A stretch of DNA of 59,256 nt, counting the filler, from Bipalium vagum (Eukaryota), in assembly GCA_037834085.1 (NCBI GenBank). It is 3 parts of 3 records of this genome, joined end to end, with 100 filler letters (N's around TTAATTAATTAA, not from the genome) between each part and the next. Parts side by side here need not be neighbours in the genome. Positions count along the whole stretch, not along the records: positions 38,636 to 59,256 come from JBBMKC010249385.1; 2 more parts are not named here. One strand, written 5' to 3'. Of this stretch, positions 39,649 to 52,929 are shown in pieces. The position numbers and the translations under genes are program-made. The notes beneath the pieces were generated by a model. It ran no database searches. It worked only from the letters and a program-made list of their open reading frames with translations, and was not told the DNA's origin. How positions within the stretch are numbered: the first letter of the stretch is position 1; each line of letters starts with the position of its first letter.

Positions 39649-39841
39649 CACATCCTCACAAAGCATAACAATTATCAATTAGGTTACCCACCAATTGATT
39701 TGTATTATTATTATTGATATTTAAATCGGCGATTCGAAGTAGGAGTCATTACTGTCTGCGTAGCGAGTTAAAGTTAAAATTAATTTATTTTTCATTTTCT
39801 GTTTACTTATAATTATTACCATTATTCTGAAAATAATAATG

Positions 39842-39879
<38 letters not shown>

Positions 39880-40124
39880 CAATATTAATATATGAATTTT
39901 ATTATTGTAATTATAAATTAACCAAAATTTTCATAATTTATGAACAGATTCCTAGTCATAATCAAAATAGTAAGTTGTAATTAATTTGAATATACAAGAA
40001 TTTCAAAAATTAAATTTCATTAAAATTAATTTATAATTTTTAACAGAGCACAATAAATATTTCTAATATAAATAACAAATTTTGAACTTTATTATATTAA
40101 ATGAACAATCTTGTTTAAATTAAT

Positions 40125-40138
40125 GTTGACATAGTAAC
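40125..40138. promoter_or_regulatory. RFX X-box motif
   Basis: GTTGACATAGTAAC has one mismatch to GTNRCC-N2-RGYAAC and ends 24 nt before the ATG of a motile-cilia gene. Confidence 0.65.
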
Positions 40139-40162
40139 CATAATCACAACTATTTCAACAGT

Positions 40163-42145
40163 ATGTCTTTACCTACAACAGCTTCTCTGGTAAAATATGA
40201 TAATCCAGTATTAGTTACAAGAAATACCGACAAAAAGACACCAAGAGTAAAACTAAATTTCATTTGTAAATTATAAATATATTGTTAGGCGAAAGCACTA
40301 AAAGTTTCTTCTCATACTAATGAAAATGGAATTATGCCTGTTCCCCCATCAAAACCAAAACCATCTGAATCAGTTAATCAACAAACCGAAGAAATATTAA
40401 ATGCAATTCTTCCACCAAGGTACTTGAACCTGTCCATTCCATTTAAAACATATTTTTCAGAGAATGGACTGAGAAAGATCAACTTTGGGTTCAACAAGTT
40501 TCTGCCACTCCAGCTACCAGATTAGATGTTGTTAACATTCAAGAAGAATTAGACAGGAGATTACAGCAACGTCAAGCAAGAGAAACAGGAATCTGTCCTG
40601 TTCGAAGAGAATTATATTCCCAAGTAAATAAAATATTGACAAAAATATAAAAATAAATAATAATAATTTTTATTATTATAAATTTTTTCATTTATTACTA
40701 TTATTATATATAAAAACCATGAAGTAATTTAATATTTTACATGACAATCAAAACATTACAGGGTGACGATGAGTACGTATAGTATTGAGATTAAGATACT
40801 GGAACAATAAAAAAAAGTCAATTGGCTGAAACCATTATCGACATGTATATGTATTGATGTATTTAACATATTTGCTTTTTTACCCAACTCTCAATCTTAC
40901 AATATTTTCTATTTCAGTTTTGGATCTTTTCAGTTTATAATAAATTTATTTTTGAAAATTATTATAAGACTGCTATCAGTTCGTGTAGTACAAGTGTATA
41001 AGGTTTCCAATATGAATTGATAATGATTCTTTGATGGTCTGAATGTAGAGCAACAAATAACATTTTCAATTATTTTGCACCTTTCAATCAAAGCCATTTC
41101 AGAGATTTAACATAATACAAACATTACAAAACAATAGAGTCATTCCAGGTCATCAAATGTTTTCGAAGAGAGAATTGAAAAAAATTTCTTTAGATCAATT
41201 TATTAATTATCAAAGATTCCTTTTCATTTACAGATTCGTTTCCTGTTTTCTTTCCTTTTTTGATTCGAATATTTTTGCAGGTTTTTGATGAATTAATAAG
41301 ACAAGTAACAATCAACTGTGCTGAGAGAGGATTGCTGCTGCTGCGAGTCAGAGACGAAATTCGGATGACCATTTCAGCATATCAAACATTATATGAATCG
41401 TCTGTTGCTTTTGGAATGAGAAAAGCTCTTCAAGCTGAACAAGGCAAGGGGGACATGAGCCGACAAGTACAAGATATTTTTAATCATCTTTTATCTTTTA
41501 ATCATTATAAAAAGTTTCCCAAGAATTGATATGATCTATAGTTTTAATATTACTAATTTAAAATCATAATCAATAAATAATATAAATAATAAATAATAAT
41601 AAAATAATTGATATTTATTTCGATCAAATATTTTTATTAATAATTTTATATAAATTATTTATTTATAATAATAAAAAATTAAATTATTATTATAGAGATA
41701 ATTTTGAAAGAATTATTATTTTATATTTAATAAATATGATAAATATTAATCTTTAACTAGAAAGTGGAACTTGAACAAGATAAAAGTGATTTGGAGCGTC
41801 AAGTCAACGAACTTAAAGCAAAATGTGAACAGATCGAAAAGAGAGCAGCTGAAAGAAGACAAGTAGAAGAGAAAAAACATCAAGAAGAAATCCAATTCCT
41901 GAAGAAAACTAATACTCAATTGAAGGTGGGGTTAATTAATGATTAAAAAATTATTGATTGCTTATGAAGTACAAATATTANNNNNNNNNNNNNNNNNNNN
42001 NNNNNNNNNNNNNNNNNNNNNNNNNNNNNNNNNNNNNNNNNNNNNNNNNNNNNNNNNNNNNNNNNNNNNNNNNNNNNNNNNNNNNNNNNNNNNNNNNNNN
42101 NNNNNNNNNNNNCAGCTTGAGGGAATTATTGGTCCAAAGAAATAA
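40163..42145 (+). CDS. DNALI1: Axonemal inner-arm dynein light intermediate chain p28
   Basis: Exons 40163-40246 (SLVKYDNPVLV), 40289-40419 (TEEILNAILPPR), 40461-40623 (QARETGICPVRRELYSQ), 41281-41466 (FDELIRQVTINCAERGLLLLRVRDE), 41761-41925, and a last exon emerging from the gap at 42113-42145 (QLEGIIGPKK*). Confidence 0.97.
41981..42112. other. Sequence gap (132 N) in last DNALI1 intron
   Basis: Plain N run. The gene continues correctly across it. Confidence 0.95.
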
Positions 42146-43168
42146 GTTCAAATTCAGTTTAATTATCGATTTTCATGAATTTTTTGGTTCATACAATTAT
42201 CTTTATTATTAATGTTGATATCATAAACAAAAGAATATAATAGATAGACCTAGTTAATTTTGAATTATTGATTTCAATTATTTTGTATCTTTTGTTTGAT
42301 TATTTGAATTCATTAATCCATAAATTAATTAACTTTGTAGTATTGTATATTCATTCACAATAATAAAAACATATTCAAAAAGTTTTATTACTTTCGTTTT
42401 TAATATTATTCGAAATAGTTCAAAAATGAAAGTAAACATCACTGTTAAATTTGTGAATACTTTAATACTAAACAAATTTGAACGGATCAAAGAGGTTGAA
42501 GTGTGACAGAAATAGTTTAAAGCTTCAGATCGAATTGGAAACAATTCTGTAATCTAATTCATATTACAATGTATTGATCTTTTTAGAAATGAAGGTCAAA
42601 AATGACAGTAAAAATGTGAAATATAAATAGGAAATATTTAACATTTTTTTAGTATTTATGATCCACAAGGATCCATCGATCAAGTTATTTAAATGAAATG
42701 TCACTGCTTATAAAATGTTTTCGCAATTGAATAACTTTGATAATAAAATAATTATAAAAATACAAAAAAATGTTAGAGTTCGAACAAAATCCAACAACTT
42801 AATTAAATTCTAACAATCAAAATAAAGTGATTAAATGTGCTAAAGAATTGAACTAAATTATGATTAAAAAATAATTTTGATATCGAAAAATTAATCAATA
42901 ACAGTTTTAATAAATGGTCATGAATTTAATCTTATTTAAAACTGTTAAGAAACCAACATTTTCCGGTCTCGCTAATAAATCTACAAGACACCTCTCAGTC
43001 ACCGTTAGATGTAAACAGAATGGTAATTTGACCACAATCCTTGAGAAGAATGCCCGTCATAAGTATTTATAAAAAGTAGATAAATAAGTATCAACTAACC
43101 CTGAGGCATATTTCAAGAAATGAATCAATTGATGAAATTTTTTTGTAAATATTGTTTCTTTCAAAATA

Positions 43169-44998
43169 CAGGTAAACCTCTTATTAACGATCACCAAGTT
43201 AGAAATTTTTACTGATCTTCGTTACAAAAAGTAAAGAACGTGTATTACACAATAGAAAACATTTTTAAAAATATTACACAATAATAGGTAAAATATAAGT
43301 ATGAAAAGTATATTAATTATTTATATTGTTTAACAAAATAATCAAACACAGTCGAATTTCTTGATTTTATTTCTATTAAAATTGATTGTTTTAATCGATA
43401 AATGAGTTTCAAATTTTCTGATCGATTTTCAGTGAAAAAGCGTTCTAATTTGTCAGTTAATATAAAAGCTTCACAAGATTATATTGTTGATTCAACTGCA
43501 ATATTTTTTTCATGTGTATCGCAATCTTCTTTTGAATCTTGAACATTATCAAGACATTTCATCCAACCGTCTTCATTTTGGACTATATCTTTTTCGTCTA
43601 ATATCGGATCGTAAATAATAAAATCATTTGGACCTGGTTGAATTTCATCCGTATTATTAGATAACTCTTAAGCTGGAAAATTGAAATTTGCTAAAGCCTT
43701 ATTGAAACAGTTTATTACACATTACCAACTCACACTTTTCCAAGCTTCAACCATCAAAAATACAACGTCAGCCAACATTTTTAATGATATCGTTATAATT
43801 CACATTTAAATCTTCGGCTTAGAAAAATATTTTTCTGTTTAAGATTTTCCTATAATTTGATTTAAAGGAATAAATAATTCCTTGATCCAATGGTTGAGCT
43901 CTAGAGCTAATATTCGGTGGTAAATAAAATAGTTCGATATTAGAAAACTTAGCGAGATAGGATGCACAGGAGCATTATCTAAAAGCAGCAAAACGTTTCG
44001 ATTTTCCTTCTTAAATAAAGTATTCATTTCATTTAAGGTTTCATTAAATATTTCGAGGGATACCCATGCTTTTCTAGTGTATTTAATCTGCATTTTGTCA
44101 AGATTTGAATTTAAATTTTTAAAGCCTCTAGGGTTTTATATTTTCCTATAATCAATGGGTTATATTTTTGCCCGTCAAAACCAACAAAAACATCAATGTT
44201 ACCCTTTCTTTAGAAAATTTTCCTGATACCTTCTTAACATTTGATTAAATTAATGTCTTATTTTTTGGCAGCTTATAGAATAATCCGGTTTCGTCAGGTT
44301 AATCACGTTATTAATTTTCTTTCTAGTATAGATCCCATATAATTTACACGATTCATATCAACACAGCCTTCTTCCCCATAAATTTTATTGGATTTCATAT
44401 TGTAACGCTTTTTAAATTCTCAAAGCCACAAATTATTAGCTTTGAAATCTAATATATTTGCGTGGTTAGCTAATTTTAAGTCCATATGTTTTAATAAATC
44501 ATCTTTGATTATAAAATTTATTTTTTGTTTGACATTGAGCCAATCAAACAAGATCTTATCAATCTTTTCTGTCTTGATTAATTTTCTTGATCGGTTGTGA
44601 TTTTCTTCTATCATTATTTTATTAATTCCTTTTTATGGTGATTTTCAGATATGACACTAAAAGACATATCACATTTTCTACTCAATTCGCGATAAGAATA
44701 TTACGTATTACTACTTTTAAATTCAATAACTTTCTTCCTGTCTTCTATAGAATAATTTCTTCTTTTTAAAGCACTGTTGTTATTCATTGTTTTCTAAAAT
44801 TAAGATTTATTATTTTTAAAAATCGAATAGTTAAACATTTTTTAAACAAATTTAAATTTTCTATAAAAAATATACAATTTTTTTGTTCGTTTGTTTAAAC
44901 AGCGTTCGTTAATTAAAGTAAATTTTTCATTTGGCTAGATTGGAGTATTAAAATTCGTTCGTTATTAAGCCGTGGTTCGTATATTAGAGGTTTACCTG
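43169..44998 (-). mobile_element. Full-length but frameshifted pogo/Tigger DNA transposon
   Basis: TA|caggtaaacctct...agaggtttacctg|TA TIRs, 1830 bp. Minus strand carries a CENP-B-type HTH (KRRNYSIEDRKKVI; IDKILFDWL), DETGLFY, KAWVSLEIF, LLLLDNAPVH and QPLDQGII. Confidence 0.93.
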
Positions 44999-45169
44999 TA
45001 TTACAGAAATAGCGTCAGAAAAAAGTAAATATAATCACAACACTAGATCCGAAAATAATTTTTTTGAGTTTTTTACAAGTTATTGATAATAAACAATCAT
45101 AAAACGTAAGTGAATCAATTTATTCACTATCATTATTTAATTTTAATACACAGACCGTGAATATATTCT

Positions 45170-45720
45170 CTCTTTTCTTCTTTTTGCTCAAATAGCCACA
45201 TAGGTTTTTTTTCTGTTTTCTTTCCTCTCAATTGCGGTTTGGTGAACTAGTCACCCGACTCATTATTTTACTTCATGACGTCTACAGTCTTCACAGTGCA
45301 GATTGATATCTTGTAATTAAAAATTGTCATTTAAATTTAGATTGTTATCATTACGTTGTTTCATTTTACAATTATTTGTAATGTGTAATAAAGAAGGATA
45401 TGGTAAAGAGTAGTCTCACTTGATTTAAACGATTTTATTGTCATATTTTATTTGTAAACTAACTTCACATTTATATACAGTCCCCGCCAAAAGTCTTTGG
45501 CCACTCTTAAAATTCTAGAAAAATGCATTTATATGATTCTAGTCATTAATATTTATTAAGTACAAATGTAAAGAACGTTAACGACATTAAAAATAAGTTC
45601 ACAAGAAATTAAAAAAAAAAATAACTAAAAGATAAACTAGGCTTTTTTACATGGTGGCCAAAGACTTTTGGTGGGGACTGTCGTATTACTTTATTGGAGT
45701 CAGAGTAAAAGATAAATACA
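45170..45720. repeat. Dispersed repeat, solo-LTR-like (copy 2), interrupted by a MITE
   Basis: Collinear similarity to 39346-39648 on both sides of the 45478-45680 MITE. Confidence 0.5.
45478..45680. mobile_element. Tc1-type MITE
   Basis: 27-bp TIR cagtccccgccaaaagtctttggccac with one mismatch to the right end. TA on the left, TC on the right. Confidence 0.9.
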
Positions 45721-46167
45721 GTGCAATTTCTATTTTGGACTACAAAATTTCAAAAGTGGACCAAAAATAGAGGTTGGTCCAATATTAGAAGTTAAGACAT
45801 AAAAAGGCTATAAAACATGTTTTATATGAACTTATATGGATGTAATAATAGAAATTAGAAAAAAACAACAATAAGTCCAATAAATAATAATATATTTCAA
45901 CGTTTTTGAATTAAATAATCCGTATTTTTAGTTTTTTAATTTTTACTTATATAATTTTTTACTCATTCCTGATTTTGAAAATGTTATATACCAACATATT
46001 ACAAAATATTAAAACAAATTATTGAAATTTTTGGACCAAGAATTTTATTTTCTATATGAAAATATCGAGAAATATGATAAGTACAAATTATTGGTCCAAA
46101 TATGGAGTTTGGTCAGATTATAGAAGAGGTCCATTTCAGAAATTGGTCCAAAATAGAAGTTGCACTG
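45719..46167. mobile_element. TA-flanked MITE with subterminal repeats (pogo-like)
   Basis: TA|cagtgcaatttctattttggac ... gtccaaaatagaagttgcactg|TA, with several internal ggtcca(a)aatagaag-like copies. Confidence 0.9.
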
Positions 46168-47054
46168 TAATTATCTTGCTCAAAACTAAACAGTTGTAAC
46201 ACAATTTTTCGTGATTTTGAATTTTATATTTTTGTTCTTATTTTAATACCATTCTTCCATTATTTGGCATACAATTTTAGAAAGTATACGATCGATTATA
46301 TGGGTTAAAATAAAATATTGTCGAGATTAGAGATTATTATGAAAAATTATTTTAATTAAAATAATTCACGCCTATTTTCTAGCAATTTTTTGGTACATAT
46401 CTTTTAATGGTATTATTACTTATAATTTTTCTTCAAAGTTCATTAATTAAAATCGGGTGATTGTCAATAATCATAATGGAATTTTCGACAAATAAAAATT
46501 TAAAATAAAAACAAAAGACAAGTGATCGAACCCCAACACTTTACATAGTTTTTTCGTTAGTTAATAATTGATTTTTAAGAAATTGTAAATAGACACTCTT
46601 GTCAATGAGATTATGTTTCCTGAATTTTATTATAAATTATACTTCATACATATGTTCACTTCAATCTAATAAAATATCAGAAAGGCATCTGAAAATTTCT
46701 CCTAACGAAGACTTAACATAGGTGGGACGAATTGTATGTACTTCACAACAGAGTAGAAATATTTTTACAACTTATTGTGATTTTATAAATATAAATTTTA
46801 TAGAAAAATCTAAATAATACATAATCTTCCTAATATATTTCATCCCGTCTATTTCCGGCTTATCCGTATTTATGTTTACCTATTGTTTTGTCTTTGATGT
46901 TTGATTTAATTAACAACAATCTTGTTTATATCATTGATAAAATATTTAAATTTTATGTGAACCGACGATGATATAATAAAAATTTTATAAAATATAAAAC
47001 GACTTTGCTAAATATTTTATAAAAATTGTTTTAATAAAGAGAATTGACAGATTA

Positions 47055-47845
47055 CATGGTGTGAAAATAAAGTTCCAGAGCTATTATTATAACGCGAATT
47101 ATACATTTGTAAAATGAATTCTGTTTATGTTGGTAGCACATGATACAGTTTATTGAAATTTCTGAATATTTTATTTCAACTATCAGCTTGCTTATCTGAG
47201 GTAATTTGCTTACTTAATGTTACCATTTTAAGTATTGTCACAATTTCAAAATGGAACAGAGTGAATATCAAATTTTTATGTAATTTAAACAAAACACCTG
47301 CGGAGACCTAAGAAATGTTGAAAATCAAATATGGGAACAATACAATGTTGAGATTTAGAGTCTTTGAATGGTATTCTCGCTTTTGTGAAGGCGATGATCA
47401 TCCTTTCGATTATGATAAAAGTTTTCGTTCATCTAACATGGAAAAAAAAAGAAATTGTTGAAGCCGTTGGACGTATTACATTAAGAATGCTCAAAAATAA
47501 AGCTGGAATCAATAAAGAATCGATTCGGAAAATGTTGATTGAGGATTTAGGTAAGAAAAGATATTCACGGTTTTTTCTTCACAGGTTGACTCCTGAACAA
47601 TTGCAGTGCAGAGTTGAATGCTGCAGACATTTAATTTTCGCTTGTGATACTGACCAAAATTTTATCAAATGAATTGGTTCTGGTGATGATTTTTGGTGTT
47701 TTCAATATGATCCTGAAACCAAACGACAGAGCATACATGGTGTCCGAAGAGCTCTCCTAAACCATAAAAGTTACGGCTACAAAAATCAAAATCCTCCTGA
47801 TTACATTTTTTGATACTGGTGGGGTCATTCATAAAGAATTCTCAG
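47055..47845 (+). mobile_element. Mariner 5' two-thirds relic
   Basis: RVFEWYSRFCEG, GDDFWCFQYDPETKRQS, QKSK and FFDTGGVIHKEF. Probable TIR TA|catggtgtgaaaataaagttcc. Confidence 0.85.
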
Positions 47846-47999
47846 ATAACATCACTAAGAATATTGAGCTTTTTCTTTTACCAACAATTTCAAAACCACT
47901 ATTAAAAAATTTATGAAATTGAAGTTATCCTGCAATGAAATTAAAATTGAATTCAATTTTATCTACTGATTTGCTGTTATTTATTAAATATATATTGGA

Positions 48000-48540
48000 A
48001 AGGACTACCAGATAAATTACCTTGAATTTTTTTAGAAAAATTGTGTTCATGATAATACATCGAAGGAAAATATTCGAAGTGGGCACAATACAATTTCAAT
48101 TAGTTACAAATGGACATACCACAACAGTCCAGTTTTTTGTTGAGCTCTGCAACGTATGTATCAAATACTTGCGACCAAATACCCACCTCTCATATACCCA
48201 ATGCTCGTCCACGTGTTGCTTGCCAAACCAAAAATAAAATAATGGAATTAGAAGGAATTGAGATAATATGAAATCCAGCATATAATCCGGACCTTGAACC
48301 TTTCTTTCCATGGCTGTAGTTTTCACAATGTGAAAGAAGTGAGAACAGTTATCAATGATTTTTTTGTATCAAAGCTCAAAGAGTGGTACATGAATGGTAT
48401 AAAAGAATTAACCGGGAGATGGTTAAACACAACTTATCACAACGAATTATATTTTAAGGACTGATTCATGTTGTAAATGTCATAATAAATACTTGTTTAG
48501 ATTTCATATTGTAGTAACCACGAACTTTTGGACACCCTTA
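48000..48540 (+). mobile_element. Mariner 3' relic
   Basis: NARPRVA, PAYNPDLEPS and SKLKEWYMNGIKELTGRW. Terminus ...cgaacttttggacaccctta|TA. Confidence 0.8.
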
Positions 48541-50099
48541 TATAATCAATCTGTAATCATGATTCGGCTAAACCGGAGCAAAAGTTACGGTCTTCAGTGA
48601 TCCGAATTAGCCGAACTCAAATATAATCTCAATAATTATTTCTAATATTAGTTTGCATAGTACTGACAACAAAAAACAAGACTTGTCGTCAACTGCTCTT
48701 AAAATAGAAGTGATTTAAATGTGAGAATATTTAGGTTATATCACATATTTGGAAATATACAAAAAATAAGTTTTAAAGATATTAATTAATACCAATTAAA
48801 TAAAAATGTATTTGAAATAATTATTTGTTATCGGGAAATTTATAGTGGTACATGAAAATTTAATTTTGTCAATAATGGCTAACTAATTAAGAACATTTAC
48901 GATTATTGAGAAATTTGAAAATTATTAATCGAAATAAAAGAAATATCAAAAAACGAAACAAATTTAAGTATATTTCTAATTTTTACCTGCAAGTTATTAA
49001 ATTAAAAATTTAATACTTAATTTTTTTAAAAATCTTTTTTGAAAAGGTATTAAAAAATAAATAGAAGACAAAAATCAAAATAATTAAATTAATTAATTAA
49101 AATTTATAATATCGATAAAAATATGTAAATTTGTTTGGATCATTTTTCAACCAATCATCTTGAAGTATTAAAATAGATATAACAGTTGAGTTAAATGAAT
49201 TTTGTGTTTTTTCCACAATGGATTTAATATGGTATTTACTCTACGGATATATTTTCCATTTGATAACCGGTATGTTATATTTAATAAATTAATGTTAACC
49301 AATTTATAAATATGTATAAAATCGGGTATAATCTCAGAATTTTATATATTACAATGTATAAAATAATGAATGCTTCATAAATGTAAAATAACTCAATTTT
49401 TTTCAATTTTAATCAATGTTGTTTTAAAAAATGAAAAATATTATAAATTAATAATAAAATATATAAAAATATTATTTATTGTGGATCTTTGTTAAATTTA
49501 GTAATTATTTTTCGGCAGCCTTGGGTCATTATTTACAAGTATATATAAATTTTGAGATGTCCTAGAAGTGTATTGTTATGTAACATTAGGTGTCGCTATG
49601 ACATTTATAAGAGCAAATCAATATTGAAATATTGAATTTTGTGATTATTAATGGAATAAAATAATAATAAAAATAATTTGAAAAATTGTAATACCAGATT
49701 ATTTTCTTCACGGATCCTCTATAATTATTTGTAAAATGGTATGAATAAATGTCATTTTAAATAAATAATTAAAACATTTTTTTATAAAGAAATAATTTAA
49801 AATCAGAATGGTTTTTATTTCAAAAATAAACTAATTATTTTCCTGTTATATTTTAAAAAAAGAAATGCCCCCCTTCGAATAAATACCAGAAACATTTCAA
49901 CAAATCTAGATAGACAATAGCGAAAATGAACTGGTTTATTAATATTTCCAATATTGAAAGAAAACTTTAAATAACAATATTATGAAAGTTAATAATAAAA
50001 TTTTAATTTTGATATCATTCTATGGACAGAACATTAATCATTTAAAACAATAGTCACCAAGTTCCTAGTCTCTGGAATCCAATAAATCCAGTTAAACAT

Positions 50100-50700
50100 A
50101 TGCCACCATCCACCCATTATTATATCGAAATAATTAACATAGAGCATTTTTGTTATGTTCCTAAAACTCACCAAGACTATTTAATGAGAGCGATCTCTGC
50201 TTGTTCCAAATGATATAACCGTAATAAATAAATAGAAACAAAAATATCCAGAAAATTTTATTATTATTACATGCTCGATTTTTACTACTTATTTCATTAA
50301 ATGTCTGACTTTGAATTTCTTAGAAAAAAGATAAACATTACCTCTTGCAATAATTTCCAAACGCCTTCTTTATTTTGTCATCAACTTTGATGAAACACTA
50401 GATCCTGGTTTAACTGTTTTTTTCCAAAGCTGAATATATTCTCCTTCATTGAATTGCTTTCAAGCATCCATATAATTTTACAATTCTGGCAGCTCTTCTT
50501 GTCGGGTTATTTCAACATCACCTATTGTTGCTATAAATAGATTGACCATCCACAAACTGGTCAAAAACATCATAATGTCCATTAACAATTCTAAAACGCC
50601 CATTAGTGGGCGATATTTCCCACCTTGTGAATCACAGATTTAAAATAATCTTTTATTTTTAAAGTTTTGTGCCTTGATTTTCTCGTTTATGTGTACCCAT
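50100..50700 (-). mobile_element. Possible gypsy integrase C-terminal relic
   Basis: FNEGEYIQLWKKTVKPGSSVSSKLMTK*EGVWK resembles the FxxGDxV...KLxxKxxGPx module. Confidence 0.45.
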
Positions 50701-50859
50701 ATACACATTAAAAGAATGTGATCAAAAGATCAGATTTTTGATATGTAACTTGAAAGATGTCACAAATGTATTTTCAAATAATTTTTAATTAAATTTTTAA
50801 AATAATAATATTATCAAATAATATACATAAAGATATAAATATTTTCTCGTTTCCAGCTT

Positions 50860-51403
50860 ATCCAGTAGACGAATCCATAAGCTTTTCTCAATTGAACACA
50901 AAAAGAACTTTTAAATCAGTTTCCTATTGGTATGGGAACATCACTTTTTCAAAAGACAGTTCTTTGGTCGATGAAGAGCTATTTATTCAATTGTATTTAA
51001 ATAGATTTGAAGGTTTGCTGTTCTATGTCATTGACAGCCGATATCAGACACTGTGGGCTGAATTTTCCGGCAAATTATTAATAATAAATTATTACAATTT
51101 TCTCATTGATGACATCAACAAACGTGTTTTCTCTTTAGAAAAATGTGAGTTTTGTAATTAATTTTTAATATCTTTAACTAATGTCGCTGACAAAATAATA
51201 AAAGGGCTTTCAGTATTTATAGAATCAATTTTCGTAAATGTTGTAATGTAACAAAAATAATAAAATTATTGTCACATTGTTTACTTTATAATGTAATAAC
51301 TGCGGAGAATAATTTTCTATTGAAAATGGAAAATATTACAATGTCATGATATTTCATTCTGAGCATAGTTCTCTATTATTCATTGAAAATACTAAAAAAA
51401 TAA

Positions 51404-51442
<39 letters not shown>

Positions 51443-51800
51443 TTCATTTCTTTTGAAATTTGTTTTAATTCGCGGTGTTAAAACTTTAATCATTTCAAAT
51501 TTGATAAAATAATACAATATGCTTTTGTTTTTTCCAAATGATTCGATCATTGTTATCGTGTCTAAAATCAGTTTTAATTAGATTTGTTTTAACAAACATT
51601 TCCAAAAGCAATTGCATTGTGATTTTGCTTTGATGAGATACTAAACCTCGTATTACTGTCTTTGGCGAGTCTTTGCTCATTTCGAGAATAATCAGTGTCA
51701 TAGAGATTGTTTTCACTGATTTTCCATTAAAGACGTAAAAGAAGAATTATCCTCGTTGTAATCATAGTATCGATTGGGGTTTTTGGAGTTTAAAAATTAT
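50860..51800 (-). mobile_element. piggyBac transposase N-terminal/core relic
   Basis: ELSFEKVMFPYQ*ETDLK...YGFVYW resembles LSIDESMVPYxG...K...YGFKxW. The upstream region is only weakly similar. Confidence 0.5.
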
Positions 51801-52197
51801 TTTCATAACCGATAAGGAAATTTGAGCATTTTTCCTTTAGAAAAATTTAATTAGGGTTTATAAAATAAAGTGAAAAAATAAAAAAATAGTTCTTAAAATA
51901 TAATTGAACATTTCTATCGAGTATAACCAATTTTATTAGAAATATCTCGATTAAATAATTAAAAATGTTCTCGTGATTTTTCTTATTATAAGAAACACAC
52001 AGGGCAGATATAAAAAATCAAAATGAAACCTCCCTTTTTGTGGTTGCAATCTTTCATCTTTTGTTTTAAATATCTCCTCTGATCTTCAAGTTTATTTTTA
52101 CACTCAAAAAGTTCTTTATACTTCATTTATTAAAAAATCATTGCTTTTTTCAAACGTTTTCTTTTTTCACACTATATATGTACTGGTAGAATGTATA

Positions 52198-52198
<1 letters not shown>

Positions 52199-52261
<63 letters not shown>

Positions 52262-52263
52262 AT
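52199..52263. repeat. (TAAA)n microsatellite
   Basis: Perfect tetranucleotide run. Confidence 0.95.
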
Positions 52264-52929
52264 ATATATATACATAAATGAATTTATTGTACTGGTGGGT
52301 AACAATAATCGATAATGATAAGAAGAAATAAATTTACGAGTCTATTTTGTAATCAAAAGAGAATTAATAACCAGAGAATTAAGAGTGAAAAATAAAAATT
52401 TTAAAGATAGTTTTTCCAATAATAATGAAAGAAAAAAATATTTCAAACGAAAGTTTGAAAAGAACTATAAATTTTTATTTAAGATGATCTGATTGAAAAA
52501 GACTGAAACATATGTTAAAAGTAATACCATTGTAAATAAATGTTTGTAAGTTTGAAATTATTCTTTGGAAAGCGTTTATTTATTATCAGAAGATCACAAA
52601 CACTCCCTGTCTCTTTGAGTGTTGCAGATATCTTCTTCATTGTTCTCTCTGTAAGTATCTTTTTTCATTTTAAGTTCTTTTTAATCATATCATTATTAAT
52701 ATATCATCTTAGCCATCAGTAAAAAAAGTTACAATCTTTCTTCAATGGAAAACATTAATAATTTTTGAATTTACTTCAATTAAATTCGATAACATTGAAT
52801 TATTAAAACAATTAAACATTCATAAAAAATTTCTATTTCTTAAAAAATGTAAATTAACAGAAACGCTTTCGAGATTTTTAAATCATACATTGATTTACAT
52901 CTTTAAAATCATACAGTGTTTTGCAATTA

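Noticed and set aside
4134-42145. Hedgehog-cilia gene cluster (ptc with DNALI1)
   Set aside because: The genes are separated by two artificial joins, so adjacency is not established.
46090-46165. Short repeats with variable spacing, superficially CRISPR-like
   Set aside because: Eukaryotic context, no unique spacers and no cas genes. They are MITE subterminal repeats.
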